DNA of 53,274 nt, taken from contig NW_027191477.1 of the NCBI RefSeq assembly GCF_011745625.1, forward strand, positions 310,001 through 363,274, written 5' to 3'. A program made the position numbers and the translations under genes. How positions within the stretch are numbered: position 1 is the first letter of the stretch; every line of letters starts with the position of its first letter. Positions 11,571-24,869 of this stretch are shown here, one piece after another. The DNA is from Cladosporium halotolerans. Lineage: Eukaryota. The notes beneath the pieces are model-generated. The model was not told the origin of the DNA and did not search any database. It worked only from the letters and a program-made list of their open reading frames with translations.

Positions 11571-12079
11571 TGTGGGTAGAATGTGCTGTCAATTTGTCAG
11601 TGGCGGCTCTGTGGAACAATTCGAAACGGCCACATACTTCTCCTGCTGAATCTGAAGGCTTCGTGGAATGGCTCGTAGCTATCCTTACGCGCTCGTCTCC
11701 AGCACATGCGACATGCGAAGCCGCTGCAGTCCCCGCCAAGCTTCGCGCCAGCGGGATCTAGCGCCGGGATCTCCAACTCTGAGGTTAGCATCGAGCGCAG
11801 GCAATTGGAACAATTGATCGGAGGACAATAGGGAACACGGACCTTCACTTGTCCAAGTGAGCTGGCTCGACATCCAGCGACACGTCACGACCGCTCGATT
11901 TCATATTCAGCCGCGACCCGACGGAGCAAAGATTCAATTCAACTTTCGACCGACATACGAACTATAACCACTACATGAGCGCGCGCAGCCGGCGCATGGA
12001 CATTTAGAGCATCGCGAGGTGGCCGACTACTGCGGCATCGCAAGCACACAACTACGAACACCCACGTCAGCACTGCAAA

Positions 12080-13936
12080 ATGGCGCTGGCCGCCCCGCCG
12101 CCAGCCGGCATGACCGATCCGACACAGCGACGCTTTCGCGGCGCCGCCAGGATATCAGAGTACGAAGTCATGAAAGAGAAGCTGGGAGAGGGTACATTTG
12201 GTGTCGTTTCAAAAGGCGTCAGCAAGCGTTCTGGGAAGGTGTTTGCGCTGAAGAAGATCCTGATGCACAATGAGAAGGACGGCTTCCCAATCACCGCGCT
12301 GCGCGAGGTGAAGCTGCTGAAGATGCTCAGCCATCCGAATATCCTGAGATTGGAGGAGATGGCGGTTGAAAGGCAATCAGGTATGGCTTTGAAGAGACAT
12401 GCGAACATGCGCCAGGAATGCAGTGCTGACCGCAAAACCTAGCGGACGACAAGGGCAAGAACGGCAAGAAGCGAGCGACGCTTTACATGGTCTCACCATA
12501 TGCCGACCACGATCTGAGCGGCATGCTCACAAACCCCGACATTCGCTTCCAGGAGTCGCAAATCAAATGCTACATGCAGCAACTCTTGGAGGGGTTGAGA
12601 TATCTTCATGATGTAAGTCTACAGCTCACACGATGCGAAGGCGACCGCTGACAAAGAGAAGTCACATATTCTTCACCGCGACATGAAGGCCGCGAACATT
12701 CTGATCTCAAATACTGGCGTCTTACAAATTGCGGACTTCGGTCTTGCTCGACACTACGAAGGCCCAACGCCACAACCAGGAAAGGGCAATGGCGAGGCGG
12801 TTAGAGACTATACCAGCCTTGTCGTTACGAGGTGGTACCGACCGCCTGAGCTGCTTCTCACACTCAAGAAATACACTCCTGCCATTGATATGTGGGGCGT
12901 CGGGTAAGTCGCATGATCGGACAGACCACTTTGATCAAGACTAACATGACAAAGCTGCGTCTTTGGCGAAATGTTTGAGAGGAAACCCATTCTCGAAGGC
13001 CGGACGGATGTCGACCAGTGTGTCCGTATCTTCAAGCTTGTCGGCTCACCCAACGAAAGCAACATGCCAGGCTGGTCGTCCTTGCCAGGATGCGAAGGAC
13101 ATAAGGAGTGGGAGCAACGGAAGGGCGATATCGACCAGCGCTTCGGCCAACATCTGAAGCCGGAAGGGCTCGATCTTCTCAAAAGCCTCCTCTGCCTGGA
13201 CTACAAGAAGCGCGTCAACGCCATCGACGCTCTCCAGCACCCCTACTTCAAAACCGCACCTCTCCCCGCCAGGCCCGAAGACCTCCCCCGATACCAGGAC
13301 AGTCACGAGCTCGACGCCCGCCGCAGAGGCCAGGAGAAGAAAATGAACCTCCCCCCCGCCCCAGCAGGTGGCACGGTCGGCATGGGCCCCGACGAATGGA
13401 ACCCTCAAGGCGGACCCTACGGCGGCAACGGCTACCACAATGGTCCAAACTACCCCCGCGACCGTGGTCCTCCGCGCCGCTACGATGACCGCCGCGGCCC
13501 ACCACCCCCAGACAGCAGCCGCCAACCTCACTGGCGCCAAGACCGCGACAACCGCGCCCGCATGCCACCCGCCGCCAACGGGCACGGCCTGCCCCCACCG
13601 CCCGCTGACCTCCCACGCCGCCCCGACATGCGCAACGGCCCTCCGCCCCCGCCAGGCTCCCGCGGCCCCCCCGCCGGCGGCCCCAACGTCGACACCTATA
13701 TCCCCAGCTACGCGGGCGGCAGGGGCAGCAGGGAGGGCTCCTACCGCGACCCGGACGCCGTACCGCCGCCGCCGTCCCGAGGCTACAGAGACGATCCGTA
13801 CCGTGAGCGCGAGCGTGAGCGTGGGCCGCTGCCGGGGTACGATCGCGCGAGGCGCACGCGCAGTCGGAGTCCCGAGCAGGAGGATATGAGGAGGGCGAGG
13901 CTGCAGAATCGTGAGAGGGACTTTTATGGGCGGTGA
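12080..13936 (+). CDS. BUR1: CDK9-type kinase Bur1/Sgv1
   Basis: [29 protein letters not shown] and [10 protein letters not shown] motifs. Introns 12381-12442, 12613-12661 and 12904-12954 give a continuous frame. Pro/Arg-rich tail. Confidence 0.95.
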
Positions 13937-14911
13937 GGTGGTGAGTTTGGGAGAGGATGTAAAGGGCAGTTTTCAGAGGGATGATGTGGAGGTTAGTACG
14001 ATGGATGCATGCATTGAGATATGATACCCAAAGCGTGACACTGCACGCAGTCGAGCAGTGCGCAGTTCAGGCGTGTTTGCAATAAACAGTAGCAATGAGA
14101 CTATTCATGTCACGACACGTAGCTTTCTTCCACTGAGTGAAGAGTTAAATTTTTTTTTTTGGGATCTCATCTATAAATTATCCCTGCGAGACATGATCCA
14201 CGCATGTTACCTGCGTGATCTCTCCAAGAGTCCTTCGTGAGGGACTCTTCACTTCTAGTCCTCTTCCCACCAACTCCCGGGGTTTTGAAATCCTCAGTTC
14301 TCTCCCAAGCTGTTGTCCAAAAAGCCAGCTTCTTCCGCGAGGCGGCTGGACGGACATTCCCTAAATGCGTACAGACTTTCGCATGGTCTGCACGCGCCGT
14401 CCTACATCCTGAGCGTGTGGTCTTGTCGCCGCTGGAATCCAAGGCGCAGCCTTCGTCAATGTGTGCGGGCACGTATACAACCGAATCGAGCTTGCCTGCG
14501 AAAGCTGCGTTCGCAGACCTTGCCTCCTGGCCCATCTCATGCCTTCAAGTATGCTTTTGCGCTCCTCCCGCCTCGGCGTAGTAACCGCGTAGCTGCTGTT
14601 CGGCGTCCCGTTTCTGTGTATTGCGCGAAAGGAAGAAGGCTGGGACTGCTTCTCTCTCTCGCGCGAGAGCGGTATGTCCGGCGTCTCTGCGCGGTTGGGG
14701 CAAGGCTCTCCGGCTGGGGGGTGAAAGGGCGTGGCGTGTTGGCCGCGCTGCTGTCGCGCGTTCCATGGCCCTGTTGGAGTGGCTATTCCCACCCTGAGCA
14801 CGTGTGGCTTATCGGGTCTCTGCCCGTCTCGTGCCCACATCTCGAGCATACAAGTCTTGATTTATGCAAGTCGTCGCGCATGCGATGCGCAACTCCAACG
14901 CAATCCCCTCC

Positions 14912-16108
14912 TCACCCTCCACTCCCACTCCCACTCGACTTCGACTTCGACGACCCGCTCTCCGGCACAACCTCCCTCAACGCAGCCTCCAAATCCAAAT
15001 CCTCCGCCGCGCCGCCCTGCCCCCCCTTCTTCGTCCAGTCCCTCGCCATCGGCAACCCCGCATTGTGATGCCTGAACTCCGACGGATCGCTGATATCCAG
15101 ATCCACCACGCCCTCGGCCCTCTTCCTGCGCGCCTGCGCCGGGTCGCTGAAATCCGAGAACTCGCCCCTCAGGCCGTCGCTGGGCACGCTGCCGAGGCGC
15201 TGCAGCTTGTGCTGCTTCAGCCTGTCGAGGGCCGTCTTGAAGTCGTCGAGGATGATCGTGTCCGTGAAGCACTTGAAGACGAAGGCCAGCTTCCAGAAGG
15301 GGTTGATGCCGTCCGGCAGGCCGGGGCCCTCGACGACGTGCGTGACGGACAGGATGTCGATGACGATGAAGGCGACGCTGACGAGCATGGTGCCGAGGAG
15401 GATGGCGAAGCGGGGCGAGACGCGCATCAGCTCGATGTAGCCGAATTCGTAGCGCGTCTTGATGTTGTAGAAGAGCGAGAGGACGGTGAAGATCCACCAG
15501 GGGTCGCGGAAGAGCGCTTCGTAGGGGCGTGTGTAGACGAAGAGGCGGCTGTGGCCGCTGAAATAGAGGCTGCGGGGTTGGTTAGCGGTGGGGTGGGGTT
15601 GTGGGAAGGGGAAGGGGGGGAGCGTACAAGTTGGCGGTGATTTCGAGGATCCAGTATGGTTGGACCAGGATTACAGTGCCAATGTAGAACATGCTGCCCC
15701 ATCTGGGTAGGAAAGGTTTGTTCTTGATCCAGGCGATGACATTGTGGAGAGTCCAGGAAGCGTTCAGTAAGATGGCGGTTGAGCTGAGGTACCAGTTGTA
15801 GACCGGGGGCTCGACGAACATGAAGGTGCCGTGGAGCATGCCCAGGAAAAGCTGGAGAAGGGTCAGTCTGCGTCTCACGCAACCCGGTGCATTGCAGTGC
15901 CGGGGTTGCTCACCTCGACCAGAATGAGTTTGTGCAACAGCACGTGCCGGCGCATGTTCGCGAAGGTCACGCAGGCCATGATGATCAGGCTGCCGACCAG
16001 AAAGCCTTCGGCCCAGGACTCCAGGATGAGGCCCACCTGGTCCTGGGGCTTGTCGACGACGAACACCATGCTGGGTTCACGGAGGCTCTGCGGCGCAACG
16101 GCGCGCAT
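14912..16108 (-). CDS. Conserved-looking fungal multi-pass membrane protein, function unknown
   Basis: Introns 15913-15852 and 15627-15570 join three ORF pieces into one hydrophobic protein (...PYEALFRDPWWIF...GINPFWKLAFVFKCFTDTIILDDFKTALD). Start is at 16108 or 16069. Confidence 0.8.
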
Positions 16109-16690
16109 GTGGTTGTTTCAAGCCGTGAAGAGTCGCAAGGAATGAAGTCACCGGGTGTCGCGGATTGCCATCTCGCGACCACGTGCGGTGAACGCGGGAC
16201 GGGATGCTCGACTCACGGCGGGACTGGTGCAGGACAGAGGGTACAGTTGGAGGTCGTCGTGAAGGCGAAAGGACAGGGCCAGGCCATGATACCGGCGCAA
16301 AAGGCGTGGCAAGGGCAGGCATCGATGATTGTTGCGGGCGCCCGGCATGCCGACCATGGGGTTGCCACGTTCTGCTGGCGAATCGCGTCGTCGTCGTATG
16401 TGCCGGGGCCCACTGTTTGACTAACTCCAGGCCTCCAGGCGTGCGGCTAAACCTACTCGAGGGGAGGGCCCGGAGAAACTCGCTGCTTGCGGACTTGAAG
16501 ACGGGGAGGCTCTGGAGAGGCTCGCGTGTCCGTGCTGTAGGGCTTTTCCGGTGCGACGCGGGTTTGACATGATTATTCATTCGGTTTGACGGCATGCACA
16601 GGGCGAGCAGGGTCAGTATTTTGCCTGGCCAGGCACTGGCCGCCACCTCACCAGCCCGTCAATGGCATCTTCCGTCCCCAACAGCGCCGT

Positions 16691-16729
16691 GGCGAGGGCT
16701 ACGGCGAGGGCTACGGCGAGGGCGATGGC
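16691..16729. repeat. Short 12-bp tandem repeat (GGCGAGGGCTAC, about 3 copies, last degenerate)
   Basis: Sequence reads ggcgagggctac ggcgagggctac ggcgagggcgat ggc. Confidence 0.7.
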
Positions 16730-18898
16730 AGCGAGCAATGTGGGCACCCGTCGCGTTCAGAAGCGATTGAGCGTCTCAACGCTCGACGAACGCGCTGCAC
16801 CAAGGCTTGGCTGGCTTTGGGCAACCAATTCTTCCTTTGGAAGCGGATGGCGCCGATCAGGTTGAATGAAGGATGCAGAGTCTGTGAACAGACCTGTGTA
16901 TTGGCAATGGTACAGTCTCGTGACGATTGCCTGAAAATTATTTGCCGACAATTTCAGCGAGACGTGATAGCTGCCAGCATCAGTCATGGTTGTGAAGGCA
17001 CTACCGTCTGTGAGCGCCCTGGTCGCCCTCCCAGGCTCCTAGTAACTTGCGATCCTCACCACAAACTCTGCATTTTGCATTCAAAAGTCAGAGTCTCACA
17101 TTGCCACGTGGGAGAGCTTGGGTCCCATCCGTTCCGCGCGCCACCACGAGGCTGGGAGGACGCTGACGAATTCTCGCTGCTGGCGCTGACGGACGTACCG
17201 GCGAGACGAAGACGCAAGGCCTGGCCACGGCCTTTTTTATGTTGGTTCGCGCCGCGGGTGGAGTATATAGCTCACTGGACTCCGCGGCGCCGGACATCCC
17301 GTCTTTCGAACATCCACTATGGCGTAGGAATGTGCAACGATATAGACGGAACACCGCGCAAGACAAGCCGCGCAATACCGCGTCGCCCGCGCGCAACGCT
17401 CTCCCGCCAGCCTTCCGCCAGCCCGCCTCGCCCGCTCCCTCCCTGTACTCCTTTGTGAGACCCGCAGAAAAAGCACGTTGCTCGCCGACAAACTCGCGAG
17501 GTTGGCCCTTCGTCCTGCTCGCGCTCGTGAGTCGTGAGTCGGCGTGCGTTTGTGCGTTGGCGGAATGCTGGCATGGCTGCCCTGCCACTGCTGGACCATC
17601 CCTGATCATGGCGAGGTACGTATACACATTCGTGATACCTCACCGCACATCTACGCAAGCCGCACACGACTGTGCACGGTAACATTGCCATCAGCATCCT
17701 TCGCGTCGTGATCGTCGTCCCGGCACCACCGGATGGGCGCCCACGATCGCCTCCAGGGTCCTGGTTGCACAGCCGCATCTGGTATCAATCTATTATGCTT
17801 CTTCCTGTGCTTATGCCTTAAGCCAACGACATGTAAGACCTAACCCCTCCTTTCGAACCCCTCTCGCGGGACTGGCTGATCTTGCCAATCCCGTCCTGCC
17901 ACACGAAGTCCGACGCACCTACGGCTTCTCCAAGCATCGGACGAGACACACTCGTGTTGTGCTCGCCATGCACGCCGTCAGCTGCCTTCGCTTACCGCTG
18001 TTTATCCATGCATTCGAATGCGTTACCTTACTCATACCCGTCTGCACCCCACCGTAGCACGCCATATCCCCGGTTTTGCTTCTGTCGTTAGCGACTGTCG
18101 CCCGCGGCCAATTGTCAGGAGGCTGGTGTAAATTCTCCGTGGACTAACGAGGTACCTACTTGCTTGCAGCCGTGTCTCCACCGACAGGTTCAACTTGCCG
18201 TCTATGAACACACACACGGCACTGCAAGCTTTTGCGTCTGACGCTTTGCTGCCGAATCGAGCCACTGCGGAATCCTACCTGGGAAGGCCGGAGGACGCAA
18301 GCCAGCCGTTGGATCGACCGGTGATGTGCGCTGCACGTCTTTCGTGGTCACGCGCGGGCCAGCGATTCAGCTTACCTTGTCGCTGGACCGCAGTCCACCT
18401 GCACTTGCCAGGAACAGCTCCCAATACATCGCTGTCTTTGGATACACCGTCTATTCCCATATGCAGGCCATCGTCATATCCTCAAGATTTTTCCAATATC
18501 CCGACGCACCTCGCCTCGGATCCTCGGCTTGGCCAGGGGGCTAGCCATACCGAGACATTGTCTTGAGCGTCGATCAGCAAACGCACGATTCCTCATGCTA
18601 GCAGAAATCCCCGATACGAACAGCGTTCGCACGCGCGGAAGCTCGCCAGGAGAGCTGATCTGCTAAGGCCCGAATACTAGGCCTTGACCAGCCGTGTCAG
18701 TCTGCTGGGCCTGCTCTAGGGCATGTTGGCTGGGATTCCGTACAAAATGGCCTACTTCGCCCTCATCCCACTCGCTTTGTTCGTCTTGTCGTTGTAGAGT
18801 CCGGGCAGCATCTCTCTCCCCCAGCGTGTCATCTTGGTGGTCGTCTATCGCTATTCGCAATTACCTCTCGCTCTCGTCTTTCATTCCAACCCATCAAG

Positions 18899-20203
18899 AT
18901 GCTCGCTCCTACCCTCTTCTTCGCCGGCCTGCTCGCCCTTGCCCAGCCCGTCTTCTCTCGCCCAGTCGTAAAAGCAAACGATGTAGCCGTCATGGCACGG
19001 AAGTACCTCTCCAAACGAGCACCTGCAGGTCCGAAGATTGGAGGCGCCAACTTCCCCGGTATGATCTGACAAAGGTGCATGAAACGGTCTTGGCCAGCTC
19101 TAACCTCACCCGTCCAGACCCTGCTATCATTGGCGTCAACAACCGTTGGTACGCTTTCGCCACGCGGACGATGGGAGGCAACGTGCATATCCAGGTTGCC
19201 GAGTCTGCGGATTTCGAGTCTTGGAGCATGGTCCAGAACGGCGACGGCTCGCAGAAGGATGCTTTGCCTAATCTTCCTGGCTGGGTCGATGAGGGCAACT
19301 CTAATACTGTACGTTTGATCTGTGGCTCGATCCGCTCGATCCGTTGATCGTTGTACCTTCGATGGATCGCTAACATTTATCTCCTCAACAGTGGGCTCCC
19401 GACGTTCATGCACTCGTAAGTCACGTGTACTCCAATATTTGCATCTGACATTCCAGCTAATCAAACCTCCATAGGACGACGGCACCTTCGTGATGTACTA
19501 CAGCGCCACGACAAGACAAAACGCCGCCCTGCACTGCGTCGGCGTCGCCACATCCAACACCATTACCGGCCCTTACACCCCAGCCGGAGACGAAGCACTG
19601 ATCTGCCCCCTCGACCAAGGCGGCGCCATCGACGCCTCCGTCTTCAACAACAACGGCCAGCGCTGGATCACCTGGAAAGTCGACGGCAACGCGATCGGCA
19701 ACGGCGGCATCTGCGGCAACACTGGTAACCACCCCTCCCTTGCAACCTGCCCGTCCACCACCACCCGCTAACAAACGAAACCCCCAGTCGAACCCATCAA
19801 GCCAACCCCCCTCCGCCTCCAACGCCTCTCCGCCTCCGGCACCTCCCTCGTGGGCTCCGCGACCACAATCCTCGACAACAACGGCGCCTCCGACCAAGGC
19901 CTGATCGAAGCGCCCGCCCTCCTCAACCACGCAGGCACCTGGTTCCTCTTCTTCAGCGCCAACTGCTACACAACGGAGCAGTACAACGTCGCCTACGCGA
20001 CGGCGAGCTCAGTCACGGGGCCGTACACGCGCGCCGGCCGGCCGCTGTTCCAGACGGGCGATATGGGCTTGGTCGCGCCGGGCGGTGGCGATGCGGCGCA
20101 GGACGGGAGGCATTTTGCGTTTCATGCGCGGGAGGGCACGAACGGGGACAGGGCGATGTACACCGCGCTGCTCAATTTCGACGGGAATACTGTGAGTGCT
20201 TAG
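18899..20203 (+). CDS. Secreted glycoside hydrolase family 43 (arabinanase/xylosidase-like)
   Basis: Signal peptide MLAPTLFFAGLLALA. Motifs NFPDP, WAPDV, GGAIDAS and IEAP. Introns 19059-19117, 19309-19391, 19416-19474 and 19725-19787, with a 24-nt exon at 19392-19415. Confidence 0.9.
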
Positions 20204-20676
20204 ATGAGGTAGAGGGAATTGGGGATCCGATGACATATTCCTTTTGGCGCCTTTCCTTTTTCTTTTTGGGTTCTGCCTTTCGTTAACGAAACGATACCCG
20301 TGTGCATATCTGCATTTGGCATGAGGGGAAAAAGAGAACAGTCTTTAGGTATGAAACGAGGCAGATAGGCATAGCAGACCGCAGAGCAAAGCAAGATTGT
20401 GTTTGATTCATTCGATCGATCAACTCGAGTCGATCCTATCGGTCCATTTCCCTTCCTGAACGCCACGCAGCATGCCGATTAGGCGACTCTCATCGATCAT
20501 TGTTTCGTAGTCAGAGCTCGAGATTGGCGTCGAAGCCCGAGCGGGCGACTGGCAAGCAAGCCGCGACGCCAAAGACCCATCGAGCCCTCGAGCTCCCAAC
20601 ATCAAAAGCAAATCAAAACCCAAAGAAAAAGGATACCCGCGAAAGGCCCTCCGCCCTCACGCCCTAATCCACCCTC

Positions 20677-21278
20677 TCACTCCTCATCACCATCTCCCTC
20701 CCCCTCTCCCTCAGCCTTCTCAACCTCAACCTCCTTCTTCCCCTTCCCCAAATTCGGAAAAACCGGCGCCTTAGCAACCTTCTTCCCCTTGCGCTGCTTC
20801 TTCCTCGCGCTCTCCTCCTCGACCTCATCCTCGACCTCATCACCATGCTCGTCCTCCTGCTCAACAGCCGGCGGAGTCTTAAGAGACGCCGCGCGAGCCG
20901 GGGTGGCGCGGCGGCGCTTCGGGGTCGCCTTGGCCGGAGTGCCGGGGGAGTCGCCCCTGGCGTCGAGGCCGTCGAGGGGGCTGAGGGAGCGGAGCTTCTT
21001 GTTGTAGTGCTGGCTGCGTCGGTGCCTTCTCGTCAGCGGGATGCTCGTTCGTTGTTGTAGCGGTAGCGAGCCGCGATCGAGACTGCGAGCCTCGACGAAG
21101 GATGGGAAAGGGTGGTATGATGGGGGATCACGTACGAAACAGCACCGAAGGTCCAGCGGCCGCCGGCGGCTTTGACGGCGGCTTCGAACTGGTGCTTGGA
21201 AGGGCCTTCCGGGGCCATGCTTTGGATTAGGGCGAGGAGGAGGGCGCGGTCTTCGAGGGGGGTCCAGGCTGGGGCCAT
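20677..21278 (-). CDS. Small basic/acidic nuclear-type protein (helical N-terminal domain plus disordered tail)
   Basis: MAPAWTPLEDRALLLALI...WTFGAVS|QHYNKKLR joined across intron 21135-21014 (GTACGT..CTGAC..CAG). Tail carries TPKRRR and ARKKQRK NLS-like motifs and Glu-rich runs. Confidence 0.7.
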
Positions 21279-21793
21279 TGTGGGCGTTGTTCTTGGAGTT
21301 GTGGTGTTGGTTGGTTTGGTTTGGTTTGTGTGGTTTGTTGGCGATGGTTGGTGGGTGGAAGAGAGTTGGGTGTGGAAGGAGAAGGACGGATGGATGGACG
21401 GGGATTGTGTTTTTTGAGTGTGCGGGTAGCAGTGAGTGAAAGTGGAAGTGAAGATGGAGCATGTGATTGTCTTCGTTTGCTTGGTAAGGCCAGGGAATGA
21501 ATGACATGTGACGGCGGAGTGGGATAGAGTGAATGAAGCAAGAGTGAAGAGGTTTCGCGTGGGGGAGTGACTGAGCCCTCCACTGTTTCAACTTGAAGGG
21601 AGGAAGTGAAGACAGAACTGCAGTAGCATTAACAAATCAAAGACAAAGCGCGGTCTCATACATATCCGCAACCTGTAGTAATCCAACACTCACTCCCAAA
21701 ACGCCTGGGGTATCCCAGCAACCAATCCCATTCATGCACCTCATATCCCGTCCATTGACACCCACAAAGCATTTGACATCATTCTATCCCCTT

Positions 21794-24607
21794 TCAAGCT
21801 TGGACAGAAACACCATTCGACCCTCCAGCGCCCGCTCTGCGATTCTTGACCGCGCCAGGGCGATTCAGAGTGTACTTGGCAAAGGCGCGAGCCAAAGCCT
21901 TCTTGCACGACACCTTCTGGCTGCCAACGAAGCTGTCGACGGCCACGGCAATGGCGCGGTCGATGTCGGAAGCGTTACAGTATTCTGAGAGACGCATCTT
22001 CGCGAAAGATTCGGAGATACGGAGGATAGACTCAAGGTGACGAACCTGGAAGATGTGGTTAGTATGGCAGTTCGGCGCAGGCGGCACACAGGTGAGGACT
22101 TACAGTGATGGGATAGGCGCCAGTGGCAAGCGACTCGCGACGCATGTCCGCAAACAATCGCGCAATCTTGTCCTGGTCGATCTGGTACAGCTTAGGCCTG
22201 CACCTCTCGCGGGCATAGAGGATGTACTTCCTCAACAGCTCTTGCGGGATTTCAGTTGTAGGCGTGGCGGCGGCGCCGTTGTCTTGTTGTTCCGGCTCGT
22301 CGACGTGCATGCCATCCTCGTTCGCCGCGGTGGCTTGAGATTGCGAACCTAGTGCTGAGGACATGACGGGGTGGGCACGACCGTGGCTGTTCACCACGAA
22401 CTTTGCCAAGCGCTCATCTTCGGAAGGATCGACGGTATCGCGGACGACACACAGGATGTCGAAACGAGAGAGGATGGGTTCCGTGAGCTCGACGTTCTGG
22501 CTGAAAGGCACGGTGCTGTTGTAACGACCGCCGATGGGGTTGGCGGCAGCAACGACAGCGCAGCGAGCTTGCAGTGTAGTCACGATACCCGCCTTCGAGA
22601 TAGAGATCGTCTGCTGTTCCATTGCTTCGTGGATGGAAGTGCGATCCTGGTCGTTCATCTTGTCGAACTCGTCAATCAAGCAAGTTCCCTTGTCTGCAAG
22701 CACGAGGGCACCACCTTCCAGAGTCCATTCAGCCGTGAGCGGATCTCTCCTGACACTAGCAGTGAGACCGACAGCCGAAGCACCTTGACCTGTGGCGAAA
22801 ACGGCGCGGTGGGCAGTATTTTCGATGTACTTTAGGACTTGGGACTTGGCCGTACCAGGATCACCAAGGAGCAAGATGTTGATGTCACCACGTAGAACGT
22901 GCTTGCCAGAAGCCACCTTCGCAACACCACCAAAGAGCGACAATGCAACTGCGGTCTTGATGTCTTCATGGCCATAGATCGACGGAGCAATCGATCGGAT
23001 GAGCTTGTCGACAATCTTGGGATCGCGGCTCAGAGCGCGGATCTCCCTCTCGTCCTCTTCTGTCAGTCTGAAGCCAGCCAGTTGATCGTGGCTCTTGACG
23101 ACGTAATTAGCTTCAATGACGGTGGCAAAAACGGGGAAGCCGTTCTTGTTGTTCAGCTGAGCGTCGTAGCTGTTGCGATAGATACCAGTGATCTCAACTT
23201 CCTCGCCAGGCTTTGCGGAGTCAATCAAGTCCCAAAGAAGAATGACCTCACGGTGTCTAGGGAGACGACCGGCGGGAACTGTACCAGGAGACTCTTGCAG
23301 AGTCAGTTTCTGGTAGTTGCGGTACACAGTCTTCTCGCTGTTGACTGTGAAAGGTCCGCGAGACTGACAGTTCTGGCAAAAGCTAAGCTTGACCTCAGAG
23401 TGACTGTCCTGATGGAAAGGCCCGAGTGTGATACCACACTTGGTGCAGTCGAATTTGACATGCTTCAGCTGCGGGAAGACACCCGTTCTGCGGGTGACAA
23501 CACCTGAGACACGGAGCAGGGAGTTCAGATGGTTCTGACGGAGCTGGCGCAAGGTCAGGGAGATGGGCAAGTCCGTCATGCGGACGTGCAGTTCAGAGTG
23601 GATGCGCTCGTAGTCCGGGTAGTGGTAAAGTGTGACGTCCAGAGCGACAGCGTCGAAGATAGGCAAGATTGAAGAAGGCACCTGAGCGACAAACATACCC
23701 AAGACCGGCTTGGAATCTGAAAGGTGCACCCAGGAAACTTCGAGAGACTCAGCGTTGACTTCACCGAGTGTCCTGATACGGACACCATAAACGGATGTGC
23801 CCTTCTCGTCAGTGTATTCGGTGAGGAAGTTCTTGAACTCCCTAGCAATTGTTCGCGAGACCGAAGGCTGGGCGACCCATTCCACCAGGGAAGCAGCCTT
23901 CACATCCATCAGTGCCTCAAGCGAGAGCTCCTCGTTCATGATGTCCTCTGCCATGTCCATGTCCTCTTGATCTTCGTCGTAGCGGTGTCTCCTGCGACGC
24001 GGCTGGCGTGTCAATTCCATGATGTCGTCCTCTTCATCTTCAGGAAGTAGAGCAGCTCGTGGCAGATTGCGTTGGCGAGCGAGCTCTCTATCTCTGCGGT
24101 TGAGACGAGCTTCGAGCTGTCTTCGCTGCGCCATATCCATGTCATCGTAATCGCCCTCGTCGTCGATGTCGTTACCACGATATTGGTTGTTCTCGGTGCG
24201 CTCGTAATCGTTCTCGAAATTGTCGGCAAAGAGATCAATGCCAGCGTCATCCTCGGCCATCTCGTCGAGATCATCGATATCCTGGAGCAGCTCATCCTCG
24301 GGGTCCAGGTTGTTGTCCTCGTCGTCCATGTCCATGTCATTTTGGGGAAACACTGGCGGGGAGGAAGCAGGGGCTAAAGGAGAATTGTCAGTTTTGATAG
24401 GTCTTCAATCAATACGCATCTCTATGTACTTACGACTCGAAGGCGGCGCAGCGTTGGAAGAAGCATCCTCATCTGCCTCCCTTCCTCTTTTCCGCCCTCC
24501 TGGCGCAAGTCCACGGTTGGCGGAAGACATGTTTGGTCGCAGCGGGGAACTTTTTGCAGACAGCGACTCTGTTCGAAGATTGCCTTGTATCGTCAGCAAT
24601 ACCTCAT
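21794..24607 (-). CDS. MCM2: DNA replication licensing factor MCM2
   Basis: Zn finger CTKC..CQNC, Walker [17 protein letters not shown] and SRFD. Introns 24433-24374 and 22103-22046. Probable 5-nt first exon ATGAG (24607-24603) with intron 24602-24550 giving MSSPLR; alternative ATG at 24530. Confidence 0.97.
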
Positions 24608-24659
24608 ACGTATTGTGAGAAGTGGTATGTTTGGTGGGGTGTTTGATCCGTTTCCACGT

Positions 24660-24750
24660 CCTCCTCCGCGACGTATGCATGCACTTTCGACTAGCGCGAT
24701 TCAAGCGCGTGTTCGCGCGTTGACGTGTCACTAGCGCGACCGCGGGACCC
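24660..24750. promoter_or_regulatory. CGCG-rich (MCB-like) cluster in MCM2/UBR7 divergent promoter
   Basis: At least six CGCG cores within about 85 bp, including ACTAGCGCGA twice (24690, 24730) and TTCGCGCGT. Confidence 0.45.
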
Positions 24751-24869
24751 CGAGTGTCGCATCGCGATTGCATGTGAAGCGGCACTTATTGCCTCCATCC
24801 TATCAGCAGTCCTTTGAAGAGCAGGCCGATTAAATCTACATCCCCTCCACTGGGGAATCGTTGGCGACC

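Noticed and set aside
14167..14849. Overlapping minus-strand ORFs between BUR1 and the membrane-protein gene (14545-14766 and 14167-14535 are in one frame, split by a TGA)
   Set aside because: No recognisable motif or convincing splice model. Cannot be distinguished from chance ORFs in GC-rich UTR, so no pseudogene was called.
21300..21345. (GGTTT)n-like run
   Set aside because: Short, imperfect microsatellite in a 5'UTR, typical of fungal leaders. Not telomeric and not an array.
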